Shown here piece by piece: positions 52,387 to 64,000 of a DNA stretch of 64,000 nt. This stretch comes from Octopus sinensis (lineage: Eukaryota), in contig NC_043006.1 in NCBI RefSeq assembly GCF_006345805.1, positions 124,001 through 188,000 of the forward strand, read 5' to 3'. Under the pieces are notes generated by a model. That model made no database searches. It was not told where the DNA came from and was given only the letters and a program-made list of their open reading frames with translations. Position numbers and translations under genes: made by a program. The first letter of the stretch is position 1; each line of letters starts with the position of its first letter.

Positions 52387-52717
52387 CATATACACATAAT
52401 ACACACACACACACACACACAGAGGGGGAAGGAGAGATCATGCAAGTAACGGTTACTTTGGTATTAAGAAAAGTTAATTATTGTTATGCATGTCTCCACC
52501 CTCAATTTATAACAGCCGACCTATCATCACCACATTTCCCAAACAGTCTGAACTGTTAATTTTTAAATATGTATCGCTCGTATTGGAGTTCCTAGACTAT
52601 TCCTAACCTGCTTGAAAAATCGCCAGCTTTCATACATTCACTCGCTTTTTCTAAAACTCAATAAGAAAAAAATATTTCCAACTTTTTCTTTCTCTGTCTC
52701 TTTTTTTTACGTCATAA

Positions 52718-52815
<98 letters not shown>

Positions 52816-53144
52816 GTGCAGACGAAGGGCATGGCTGTAAAGTAGTGTTGAAAGATCTTTGACCAATATATTTAATTATATCAAGAGCTCTGTATGTAAT
52901 TGTACAAAGGTATGATTCTTCTTTTGTTCAGTGGTTTTAAAACTGGAGGATAAAAAAAATGCACAACTTCAAAAAGAATCCCAGAGAAAATTATGTAGTT
53001 AACATTTAGTTAACTACAAAAAAATGAAAGCAAATTGGCAGCAAATGATGACTGTGAAATCTGATAATTTCAAGTAAACAATCTATCAAACATATAAACA
53101 TATAAAATATGAACCAATGAGAGCGATCGTACCTCTTTTCTGTA

Positions 53145-53656
53145 CCGTAAATCCTTGAGTATAGTCCGCCCTTGAGTATAATACGCAGGGGATTTTTAGG
53201 GGGCTGTACTTCTGAAAAACCTAAACCTTGTGTATAATACGCACCCCTTCTCTAACTTGAGTCAAGGAGGTCTATATAACGTCCTTGGTTTGTAAAAATA
53301 CATACAATAACGTCCTTTATTATGATTGTATATATAACATAATGCAAACGTGTAGCTTTTTTGTGCCTTTTGTTTGCAGAAAATAAAGAAATAACAGTAA
53401 TAACGTTTAATAAATGTTGCTTACTGCAAGTTATGGATGATTCTTTTATGAATTCATTGCTTTCAGGCTTAGCTTAAGGTATTTTCGCACCTGACATCAC
53501 AAAATGTATCTGAATAAACATTGCCAGACAGCAAATAGAGACTCGGACATTGCTTAGAGATTATTTTTCATTTTTAACCTCGTGTATAGTACGCACTGGG
53601 GATGTTGACCTTTAAATTTTGGTGGAAAAATGCGGATTATACTCGAGGATTTACAG
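53145..53656. mobile_element. Non-autonomous Tc1/mariner-superfamily (pogo/Tc2-like) element
   Basis: TA|ccgtaaatccttgagtata ... tatactcgaggatttacag|TA; subterminal gtgtataatacgca-like repeats. Confidence 0.85.
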
Positions 53657-54589
53657 TAATTCTTTCTGTAGAGTTCAATAGTTGTGCAGGATTGTTGCAT
53701 TGCTCAAGTGAAACTGTGTTGGCTACCATGCTTAAATTTCCTTCTGAATGGTTTTCATTGCCGGGTATAGTACATTGAAACAGCATCCCAACCGCTAAGA
53801 TATCATTACAAGATACCGTCATTGGTTGTTTGTTGCTTAAGTAGTGGAGGGAAATGATCGATTTTGTTGGCTGCATGAATGACAACTGAAGTAAAACCTA
53901 CAAGCATTTAACTGAATATTTGTTGCTGGACACAAAGATATTTGGTGTTGGCTATTTCCAATGAAGAATATAAATATTGCCAACTGAGATGAGACAAACT
54001 GCTCTGAAATTATAGAAAGCTATTTCTGTGATAAAATGCATTTGATCCCAAAATATATGAAGTCGACTGCTCAAATCTCTGCGATAACAGAGGTGCATTG
54101 GCCATCTGCACTCTAAGCATCAAACGATTGTTAAAGGGAATCAGAAGCTAAATTCTAGAACATTCAAGAAAACCATACCACATCACAGCCTCATGCTGAT
54201 TAGTTGATTAATAGACCAATCACGTGAAACTATGGTGGTTCACCCTGGTTTCTGATCGAATATCCAGAGGTTACATTTTGAATTGTTGCTCTAATACTAT
54301 ACAAGTAGGTTCCTGTTGGCATGGTGTAATAAAGGTGTTCTGTTTATAAAATTAGGGATTTCACCAGTTCCCTATATGAAATTATGAGATGTAACTGTCG
54401 TCATTTCCAGTCAATTTAAACCCCTAAACTGCATATTAACCAAGTATTTTACAGTGAATCTCTCTGAAGTTGTCTGTGTGTGGCAGGTTTGGTAGCCTTC
54501 AACTAACACTATCTCTTCCGAGACCCTGCGGCGCAAGTTGCCCAAAATCGAGAGTATGGTAGAAGAAGACTTGCTCTTCATTCCGTAGA

Positions 54590-54839
54590 AGAAAAATTTC
54601 AAATAGGACCATGTTAACACCAAAAATTATTTACATCAAAATGGTCCTCTTTTTTCTATGAAAATCCCAATTTTTTACGATTTTTTGACTGCTGTGTCGC
54701 CATTTTTCGGTGTATTTCAACCAGGAAAATGTTCACTTAAAGAGAATAACAAGCTACATAATGTAAAATTTTTACTTTTCAAAAATTCCAATTCTAAAGG
54801 GTCGAAACAAACCCGAGCAACGCCGGGTGATACTACTAG
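54590..54839 (+). mobile_element. Helitron 3' fragment
   Basis: acaaacccgagcaacgccgggtgatactactag|t, same terminus as 30187-30219 but different upstream sequence. Confidence 0.7.
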
Positions 54840-55278
54840 TTTAATGATAAAAAGAAGTGAACATTTAATGAATTCATCTGTTTTTTGTTTGTTTCTCTCT
54901 CATACCAAACTCTAAAGTCCTAAAGTATCAAGAACACATTGAACAATGTAGTCCTGAACACATTATACCTGGAAAAGAAAGGCCGGATGCTCACAAATGT
55001 AATTGCTCTTGATCATAAACACGCTTGGTCAGAGCAGACCTGGAGTCAAATAAATAACACCAAAAATAGAGGTTCACTATATAAAAGTGTTTAAAAGAGT
55101 TTTAGCAAATTCAAAAACTGCTAAAAGTGCAGCTTTATTCAACCCTTACTGACTGAGGGGTGGGGGGTGTAGTTTTTTTTTTTTTTAAACTTCTTGACTC
55201 TGGAGGAAAGAATATTGACCAAAACCTCTCCAGGCTCTCCAAGATCAGTTTGTTGCCATTATTGTTCCATTTAGGCAG

Positions 55279-55494
55279 GTGGTAAGCTGGCAGGATTGTT
55301 AGCATGCTGGATAAAATGCTTAGTGGTATTATGCCCATCGCTATGTTCTGAGTTCAAATTGCACCCAGGTTGACTTCACCTTTCATCCCTTCAGGGTCGA
55401 TAAATTAAGTACCAGTTGAGTACTGGGGGTCGATGTAATCGACTCTCCCCCTCCCCCAAATTTCAGACCTTGTGCCTACAATAGAAAGGATTAT
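55279..55494 (+). mobile_element. SINE family B, CpG-decayed, tail 2
   Basis: ggtggtaagctggcaggattgttagcatgctgg versus ggcggcgagctggcagaatcgttagcacgccgg. Confidence 0.85.
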
Positions 55495-56124
55495 TGTTCC
55501 ATTTTGGGCAGATGGCTTGTAGAATTGTAATAAGCAATTTGTTCTGGCTCATTACATTCTTATACTATCAGGGTCAACTTTGCTTTTCATTCCCTAGGGG
55601 TTGATGAAATAAAGTACCAATCACATACTGAGATTGATGGCATCAATTTATAAACCTCCCTCAAAACTATTGGCTTTGCACCTAAATCTGAAACCATTAT
55701 TATTCTGTTTAAACTGTTGAAGAAAAAACACAAACAGGGAAAAGATTCTATAGGCAAAGAATGAGCACAATGGTTAATAGGGGACCAAAGGGGGACAGGG
55801 TTCAATGCACCATGTGAGACGAGGAGGAGGAAAAACAAGTGGATCAGGGTTGCTTGAATGGTGGAAGTATGATGCCCTCCAGTTCTGAGGAACAGAGGCC
55901 ATAATAGTAACAACAGAAAACAGAGAGAGAGAGGAGACAGCAAGTTTGTGGGTCAAAGGTTGGAGCGCATTCATTAATGTAACAAAATTTTGCATTTTAT
56001 TGTGAAGCATTCTGTAGTATTAATCTCACGAACTTGTCTGTCAACTTATATTCATTTCTTTACTATACAGTCTTAGGCCTCTATTATATATTACCAGTCA
56101 CATTGAGTATCCTTTATAGAAATA

Positions 56125-56299
56125 GGCGCAGGAGTGGCTTTGTGGTAAGTAGCTTGCTTACTAACAACATGGTTCCGGGTTCAGTCCCACTGTGTGGCAC
56201 CTTGGGCAAGTGTCTTCTACTATAGCCTTGGGCCGACCAAAGCCTTGTGAGTGAATTTGGTAGACAGAAACTGAAAGAAGCCCGTCGCATGTATGTATG

Positions 56300-56330
<31 letters not shown>

Positions 56331-56556
56331 ATATGTTTATGTCTGTGTTTGTCCCCCCTAAAATCACTTGACAACCAATGCTGGTGTGTTTACATCCCCG
56401 TAACTTAGCGGTTTGGCAAAAGAAACCGATAGAATAAGTACCAGGCTTACAAAGAATAAGTCTCGGGGTCGATTTTCTTGAGTAAAGGCGGTGCTCCAGC
56501 ATGGCCGCAGTCAAATACCTGAAACAAGTAAAAGAGTAAAAGGAGTAAAAGAGAGT
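56125..56556 (+). mobile_element. SINE family A
   Basis: Full head and tail. Confidence 0.9.
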
Positions 56557-57075
56557 AATCAACCCAATACTTGAGTAATATTGATTTTGTTGACCACAGA
56601 AAAAAGAAAATTGAAATTGACTTTGGTGGGATTTGAACTCGAAGCATATAAGAGTGTAACTTGTGTTCACAGTTATTTTTTCAAATAGTCTAATATTCTA
56701 CCAACCTCAGATTACTACAGTCTGCTATGCTTAGAACTCCTTTTGTGGAATTAGTCAATGGACTGTGATCATGTTCAGATGCTAGCTTCGTAGGTGTGTG
56801 CCCACACCTGTAAAGGATTTCCTTCCTTAGAAGAATAATTAAAAAGAAAAGAAGGAAGGTGAGATGAATTGAATAAGAACCTTTATTTCTTGTTTATTGA
56901 TTGAGTTTATAATACAGTTTAAAGGAAAAGGTGTGTCATAATGTTTAACAAGGGAAATATATAAAATTCTGGCTCTAGCTCTTTCTCTCTCTCTGTCGCT
57001 TTCTTTCTCTCTCTCTCTCTCTCTCTGTGTGAGAGAGAGAGAGATTACAGTATATGCTATACTATTGTACAATTG

Positions 57076-57379
57076 TGGAGGCATGTGGCCTAGTGGTTAG
57101 AGCAGCGGATTCATGGTTGAGGGATCGCGGGTTCGAATCTCAGACTGGGCGATGTGTGTGTTTATGAGCGAAACACCTAAGCTCCACGCGGCTCCAGCAG
57201 AAGGTAATGGCGAACTTCTGCTGAATCTTTTGCCGCAACTTTCTCTCACTCTTTTCTCCTGCATCTTGCAGCTCACCTGCGACGGACCGGCGTCCCATCC
57301 AGGTGGGGAACCTATACGCCAAGGAAACCGGGAAACTGGCCCTTATGAGCCAATCAAGGCTCGAGAAGGAACAAACAAC
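57076..57379 (+). mobile_element. SINE family D, full length
   Basis: tggcctagtggttagagc (A box), gggttcgaatctc (B box); perfect TSD attgtacaattg at 57064-57075 and 57380-57391. Confidence 0.95.
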
Positions 57380-57661
57380 ATTGTACAATTGAAGCCGTTT
57401 TGCATCAGTTATTTCCTTAATGAAACCGGAAAAAATCTGAATATCACAACTCTAATTTCTGCCTCATCTGAAATCAATAACTCTATCACTAATGGTGAAT
57501 ATATTGATCACCAATAGGAAAGCAAAACCTACAGACAGTTCAAGTTTGATCATTTATTTCACCTGCATGAAATTGTTACGGCTTACACCTGTGTTAATGT
57601 TCATGTACCTGTAGAGACACACACTTGTGCATCCATGAGTGTATAAGTGTGTGTGTGTGTG

Positions 57662-57692
<31 letters not shown>

Positions 57693-58014
57693 TGCGTGTG
57701 TGTGTGTGTGTGTGTGTTGGAGCATATAAATGAAAGAGGAAGTGAAAAGTCAAAAAAAAAAAAATTGTTAGAATTTATTTCTTTGCTGGAAACTATAATT
57801 TCCTACTTTCACCATTCCAAGTTTCTCTATAATTACTTGATTGTCTTGCATTATCAGTAATTAGATCACTTGTAACAATCATGCAGTTTGAGGTAGCTAA
57901 CAATTCATTGCTACTATTAAATTCGTTAAAATAAGATAAATCAATATTATAATTTCTTTAGTCTACTAGCCTCGTATTAAGAGAGGAAACTTTTCTTTTC
58001 AATATTTATGCATA

Positions 58015-58300
58015 GGGGCAGGAGTGGCTGTGTGGTAAGAAGCTTGCTTACCAACAATGTGGTTCCAGGTTCAGTCCCACTGCATGGCACCTTGGGCAAG
58101 CTTCTTCTATGCTTCTATCATTGTTTAAGAACTGATGTTGATATGCTTACATTCCTGTAACTTAGCGGTTCAGCAGAAGAGACTGATAGAATAAGTACTA
58201 AGCTTACAAAGAATAAGTCCTGGGGGTGGGGGTGGGGTGATTTGTTTGACTAAAGGCAGTGCTCCAGTATGGCCACAGTCAATTGACTGAAAGAAGAGAA
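58015..58300 (+). mobile_element. SINE family A, deleted and CpG-decayed
   Basis: Head and tail retained. Confidence 0.85.
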
Positions 58301-58511
58301 TATATACTATGTTGTATGTAGTTTGATCCCTGATTGGCTTCAGGTGTCTTATTCATTTTACCAGATTTGATTTCAATTTATGAACCTTAAACTTCTAAAC
58401 AAAAAGCTTTAGCATTTTTCATTCATAAGAATGGGATTAATAGCTGGAAAAATTATAATTTTGTTATCAAAATGTCATTTCAGATATTTAGACATCTAAT
58501 CAGAAATATTG

Positions 58512-58709
58512 GTTTCAAATTTTGGCACAAGGCCAGCCATTTCAGCAATTATACACCCCCAGTGCTCAACTGGTACTTATTTTATTTACACTGAAGGGAT
58601 GAAAGGCAAAGTCAACCTCAGCGGAAATTGAACTCAGAACATATAGACAGTTGAAATGCTGCTAAGTATTTTGTTTGGTGTGCTAACGATTCTGCCAACT
58701 TGCCACCTT
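58512..58709 (-). mobile_element. SINE family B, CpG-decayed
   Basis: gatgaaaggcaaagtcaacctcagcggaaattgaactcagaac. Confidence 0.8.
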
Positions 58710-59734
58710 ATGGAAGCACAAATATTATGTGCCATGAGAAACTGTGAGTTCTGACATTTTGGGCAAGCCCTCTCTAGTTTCCTTGGGTGCTGAGGTTTTT
58801 TTTCATTCTGTTACTCCTAACAAGAATTGGCCCTCATGTCTTCACTTAAATCCTATTTCTGACATTTTGCTGAGAAAATAAAACGATAATGTTATGATGT
58901 TGTGCTTTGTAATTCATAAGAGCCACATTTTGGAGATGTTGGGAACATTTTGGAGATGGTGAGAACATTTTGGAGATGGTGAGAACAGCTTCTATCGAAG
59001 ACCAGATTATGGCTGCATCAATGTTATTCTGCATCAAATTTAAACAACCCAGATAGTGACATGTTCATTTTATGCATCTGTATCTGTAATAAAACGGAAT
59101 GCATATGTTGTGTATATCTAGATTTAAATGTATCGAATGCTGGTTCACTGTGGTTATTTACAACATAACCTTTTAAAAACACATATGATTTGTATTCTAT
59201 TATTTTCGTTAGATATGGGACTTATTAAAAGGCATTTCATAGACATTTTGGGACAACTGCTGATGAAGTGGATGATATCTTCCACACTGGTATAAATATA
59301 TATATATATATTTCTAATATGTTAAGTGACCACATAGAGGTCGCTCATTGGCTCACTGTTGTTTCTGTTTAGCTAAGGTGTATCCAAATCAAGCTGATCA
59401 ATGCCTAATGAGATTTTCAAGCCATAGGCATTCAGTTTTATTTCCAAATATAGTTTTTCTAGAACTACAATTCTTAAAATGTCCAGCCTCGTTTTGGATG
59501 GTAGAATATAGGAGAAACTTTGGCTATTTCTGGCAGGTTGAGCCATTATGTAGCGGCACCCTTGTTGTTAATCTCATAAGTAAAGGATTTATCATTAGTA
59601 GTGCTTCGATGCACCCAAATTGGAAGAGGATTATTAAAACTTTACAATTTGAAGTGTGAGATCCCTGCATTGAAAGAAAGGAAAAAATGTCCATTTCTTG
59701 TTCAACATGTTTCAGAACTAAATGTGATTTCCAG

Positions 59735-60455
59735 ATAATAATAATAATGAAATAATTGCATACAGTGCTCAGATGCACCACAACTTGTCAAAAGTGCATA
59801 TAAAGCATGTGCGGTAATGTACAAATGTCTGGGAAGTGAACAGTGTATGAGTCAGATACCTGCTTGCTTGTGTGTATGGAGGGGAGAAAACCAGGTGTAG
59901 TGTTGGCAAATCTCAGGAAGCATGGAAGTTTTGAAGGATGCAGTGCTCCGACAACTAACAACTGATGCCGGCAGTTTTTTCCATGCTTCAGCAACACTTA
60001 GCGTGAAAAAATGTTTCCGAAAGTCATGGGAGCTGTGCTGTTTTCTGACTTTGTAAACATGTCCACTGGTGTTAGACAGGTGGAGTTTGAAAAGGTGCTC
60101 AGAGTTTTTGTTTGTAAGATGGTTAATAATTTTATGGGTGTCTGCCAAGTCAGCTGCCAGACGTCGAAGCTTCAATGTATCCATGCCCAGGGAAGTAAGG
60201 CGTCCAGAATATGGCAAATGCCTGATGGTGGGTATTCTCTTGGCTGCATGTCGCTGAACGGCTTCCAGACGATTAATATCCTGGGCAAGATAGGGGTTCC
60301 AGACTGGAGATGCAAATTCCAGGTGAGGTCATACCATAGCTATATAAAGCCGCAGATAGATAGCTGGAGAGCGGCTCACAAAGGACTTGGTCAGTGATGC
60401 CAAGACACCCTCAGCCTTCTTGGCAATTTTAGTGATGTGTTTTGTCCAATGCAAA
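59735..60455 (-). mobile_element. CR1-clade LINE, 5'-truncated ORF2 end and 3' UTR
   Basis: PHLEFASPVWNPYLAQDINRLEAVQR, LKLRRLAADL, RKHFFTLSVAEAWKKLPASVV..STASFK; tail ends (ATT)n. Confidence 0.88.
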
Positions 60456-60789
60456 TAGTCTGCCTGCATTGTCTCTTAGTGTATACCAACACCTGGGAAG
60501 TATAGGCACAGGACTACCCAGCCTGGTGTAGCTGCACTGACAGAGGTGCACCTCCTGCAAAGAGGATAGGATAAGAAAAGATGAGCTATGCAGGGCCAGG
60601 ACCAATTCCTTGCCTTTGTTCTCAGCAGGCCACTCATGCCCAACCTGCAGCAGAACCTTTCAAGCAGGCATTGGTCTTATTGGTCACAGCCAGATGCACT
60701 GTGACCCATCTTCTTCTCCCATGTCATGTCCTGGTCAACGTTGACAATGATGGACAAACATTATTATTATCATTATTTGAGGTTCAATG

Positions 60790-61140
60790 TTGCAGGGTCG
60801 ACTTTGCCTTTCACCTTTCAGAGGTTGATGAAATATGTACCAGTTAAACACTGGGGTCAATGTAATCAACTTAGCCCCTCCCTCAAATTGCTGGCCTTGT
60901 GCCAAAATTTGAAATCATTATTATGATCATTTGCCAGAAGCGTAAGCATGCTGGGCAAAATGCTTAGCAGTATTTCATCTGTCTTTACATTCCGAGTTCA
61001 AATTCCATGGAAGTCAAATTTGCCTTTCATATTTTTCAGGGTCGATAAATTAAGTACCAGTGAAACACTGGGGTTGATGTAATCAATTGGTCTCTTCCCA
61101 AAAAATTTCAGGCCTTGTGCCTATAGTAGTAGAAAGGATT
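60790..61140 (+). mobile_element. Two decayed SINE B copies
   Basis: gcctttcatatttttcagggtcgataaattaagtaccag; tail ggccttgtgcctatagtag. Confidence 0.8.
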
Positions 61141-61173
61141 ATAATTATTATAATTATTATTATTATTATCATA

Positions 61174-61203
<30 letters not shown>

Positions 61204-61205
<2 letters not shown>

Positions 61206-61694
61206 GTATTATATTTTATATATCGTGCTTTCACTTCACTACCGAGCGCAGCTCTGTGCACCTTGGGTATGTGCTGTAATTTGTTGTGATGCTCTGATGG
61301 TTATTGTATGGAAAGTGTTCTGCGTAGGATGTGTGCAGTGCCTAGTAGTGCAATTTTCTGTATGTTATATGTGTTTGTAAGTCCCGGTGTTTTTGTTATG
61401 TATTTGTCTGAATATTTTTTTATCATGCCTAATGCATCTACTATGATAGGAATTGTTTCTGTTTTCAGATTCCACATTCTGGTTACCTCTATTTCCAGGT
61501 CTTTGTATTTTGAGAGTTTCTCCATTTCTTTTAGAGACACGTTGTCATCTGCCGGTACTGATACATCAATTAGAAAGCATTTTTTTTCTTCATGGTCTCT
61601 GACAACTATATCTGGTCTGTTTGCCTTAATTTCTCTATCTGTGTGTATCGGCATATCCCAGAGTATGGTTGCTTTCTCGTTTTCTGTGACCTTT
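61204..61694 (-). mobile_element. Dong/R4-type LINE 3' end (restriction-like endonuclease), copy 1, in (TAA)n
   Basis: ORF 61301-61654: IKANRPDIVVRD..CFLIDVSVP..EKLSKYKDL..QKIALLGTAHILRRTL. Confidence 0.92.
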
Positions 61695-61698
61695 TCTT

Positions 61699-61729
<31 letters not shown>

Positions 61730-61769
61730 TTATTATTATTATTATTATTATATTATTATTATTATTATT

Positions 61770-62260
61770 AAGTATTATATTTTATATATCGTGCTTTCAC
61801 TTCACTACCGAGCGCAGCTCTGTGCACCTTGGGTATGTGCTGTAATTTGTTGTGATGCTCTGATGGTTATTGTATGGAAAGTGTTCTGCGTAGGATGTGT
61901 GCAGTGCCTAGTAGTGCAATTTTCTGTATGTTATATGTGTTTGTAAGTCCCGGTGTTTTTGTTATGTATTTGTCTGAATATTTTTTTATCATGCCTAATG
62001 CATCTACTATGATAGGAATTGTTTCTGTTTTCAGATTCCACATTCTGGTTACCTCTATTTCCAGGTCTTTGTATTTTGAGAGTTTCTCCATTTCTTTTAG
62101 AGACACGTTGTCATCTGCCGGTACTGATACATCAATTAGAAAGCATTTTTTTTCTTCATGGTCTCTGACAACTATATCTGGTCTGTTTGCCTTAATTTCT
62201 CTATCTGTGTGTATCGGCATATCCCAGAGTATGGTTGCTTTCTCGTTTTCTGTGACCTTT
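61770..62260 (-). mobile_element. Dong/R4-type LINE 3' end, copy 2 (tandem, offset 566 bp)
   Basis: ORF 61867-62220 translates identically to copy 1. Confidence 0.92.
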
Positions 62261-62276
62261 TCTTCTTCTTCTTCTT

Positions 62277-62381
<105 letters not shown>

Positions 62382-62913
62382 ATTATCACATCCTTTACTC
62401 ATTAGTCAGTCTCAGTGATTTCATATAAAAGATAGTTTTTATTAAAATATTTCTAATGTTTTCTCTTTTTATAGTCAAACATTGATGCTTTTGGTTGGAG
62501 TGGTGTCAAAATAGAACCTGTAGCTGGCAGTTTGTTTGAAATTGATTTTAAAAATGAATTTTATGAACAGTAAGTACTCACGTGTTCCATTTTGATTTAT
62601 CTGAAATGCTTTCTAATTAAATATGTCATCTTGAATACCTTTTAGATCAGTTAAAATTGAGAAAAGAAAATACTATAAAGTTTTTATTTTATTTTTGTCT
62701 TTTTAGAGCTATCACCATTTGACAAAATATAACCAGCATTTTCATTTTTTGAGAATTTTCAGAAAAATTTTGCGAATATGTGGGAATTCATACAATTCTT
62801 CAAAAAATAAACAAAAAAATGTTTTGTGCATGATTTAAGAGAAATTTAGCTGTTATTTTTAGCATATCTCTTGACCACCTGATGCTCTCCTTTCTTTGTC
62901 ACTCTGATATAAT

Positions 62914-63286
62914 CTCTTTACTTGTTTCAGTCATTTGACTGCGGCCATGCTGGAGCACCACCTTTAGTCGAGCAAATCGACCCCATGACTTATTCTTTGT
63001 AAGCCTAGTACTTATTCTATCGGTCTCTTTTTGCCGAACCGCTAAGTGACGGGGACGTAAACACACCAGCATCGGTTGTCAAGCAATGCTAGGGGGACAA
63101 ACACATACATATATACATATATACGACGGGCTTCTTTCAGTTTCCGTCTACCAAATCCACTCACAAGGCATTGGTCGGCCCGGGGCTATAGCAGAAGACA
63201 CTTGCCCAAGATGCCACGCAGTGGGACTGAACCCGGAACCATGTGGTTGGTAAGCAAGCTACTTACCACACAGCCACTCCTGTGCC
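62914..63286 (-). mobile_element. SINE family A, full length, low divergence
   Basis: Reverse complement of 22692-23090. Confidence 0.95.
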
Positions 63287-63502
63287 TAGTTATGTTGACA
63301 TTTTTCAAAATCTTTCTCCCTATAAACACATTTAAGGGTCTATTAATGGGATTTTAGCAAAATATTTTAACTGTCCCTATTTTAAACTCTGGTTTTAAAG
63401 AAAAAGATTTGTAAAATTAAAAAAACAAAATTTCTTTTACCAATTCGAAAAATGAAAATAACATTTTTTTTCATAATCGTAAGGATTCCTAAAAAGTTAT
63501 GA

Positions 63503-63606
63503 GGCGTAGGAGTAGCTGTGTGGTAAGTAGCTTGCTTACCAACCACATGATTCTGGGTTCAATCCCACTGCATGGCACCTTGGGCAAGTGTCTTCCATTA
63601 TAGCCT
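63503..63606 (+). mobile_element. SINE family A head only
   Basis: ggcgtaggagtagctgtgtggtaag...gggcaagtgtcttcc, cut off by the next element. Confidence 0.85.
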
Positions 63607-64000
63607 CATCATCATCATCATCGTCGTCGTCGTCGTTTAACGTCCATTTTCCATGCTAGCATAGATTGGATGGTTCGACCCGGGTCTGGGAGCCAGGAAG
63701 CTGCACCAGGCTCCAGTCTGATCTGGCAATGTTTCTACAGCTTGAAGCCCTTCCTAATGCCAACCACACCGTGAGTGTAGTGGGTGCTTTTTACGTGCCA
63801 TCGGCACAGGTGCCAGGGGAGGCTGGCAACAGCCATGACCAGTTGGCACTTTTCATGTGCCACTGGCACGGAGGCTAGTCAAGGTGGCGCTGGCATCGGC
63901 CACATTCAGATGGTGCTTTTTACGTGCCACTGGCACAGGTATCACAATTTCTATTTGATTTTTTGATGTTGATGTACTTGACTCAATAGGTCTCCTCAAG
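63607..64000 (-). mobile_element. 3' region of an RTE-related element with (GAT)n tail, runs off the window
   Basis: tttaacgtccattttccatgctagcatagattggatgg is the reverse complement of 51957-51993; another tail piece at 28020-28100. Confidence 0.65.

Noticed and set aside
59213-59289. Possible small exon (ttag|ATATGGGA...CACTG|gtat)
   Set aside because: Weak splice sites, unrecognisable peptide, no partner exons.

Overview
Eukaryotic, AT-rich, repeat-saturated DNA with no recognisable intact host protein-coding gene. The repeat complement (tRNA-headed SINEs with a Nin/Deu-like core, dense (TA)n/(TATG)n/(TTA)n arrays) looks like a coleoid cephalopod (Octopus-type) genome; that assignment is from memory, not a search. 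Most ORFs in the supplied track are microsatellite or SINE read-throughs. Real content: about five SINE families (several with clear target-site duplications), decayed LINE fragments (CR1-like, Tx1/L1-like, RTE, Dong/R4), two mariner remnants, a non-autonomous Helitron and several MITE/foldback elements. Most notable: (1) about ten minimal type-I hammerhead ribozyme motifs from at least four sequence families, mostly in head-to-head foldback repeats beside (TA)n tracts, the signature of Penelope-like elements although no Penelope ORF is seen; (2) two SINE-LINE pairs readable within the window: one SINE shares its 3' tail with a Tx1/L1-type LINE and another with a CR1-type LINE, including a covarying hairpin; (3) module shuffling among SINE families; (4) CpG decay of repeats after about 53 kb, suggesting a methylated domain. 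Coordinates were read by eye; ends of decayed elements are approximate.
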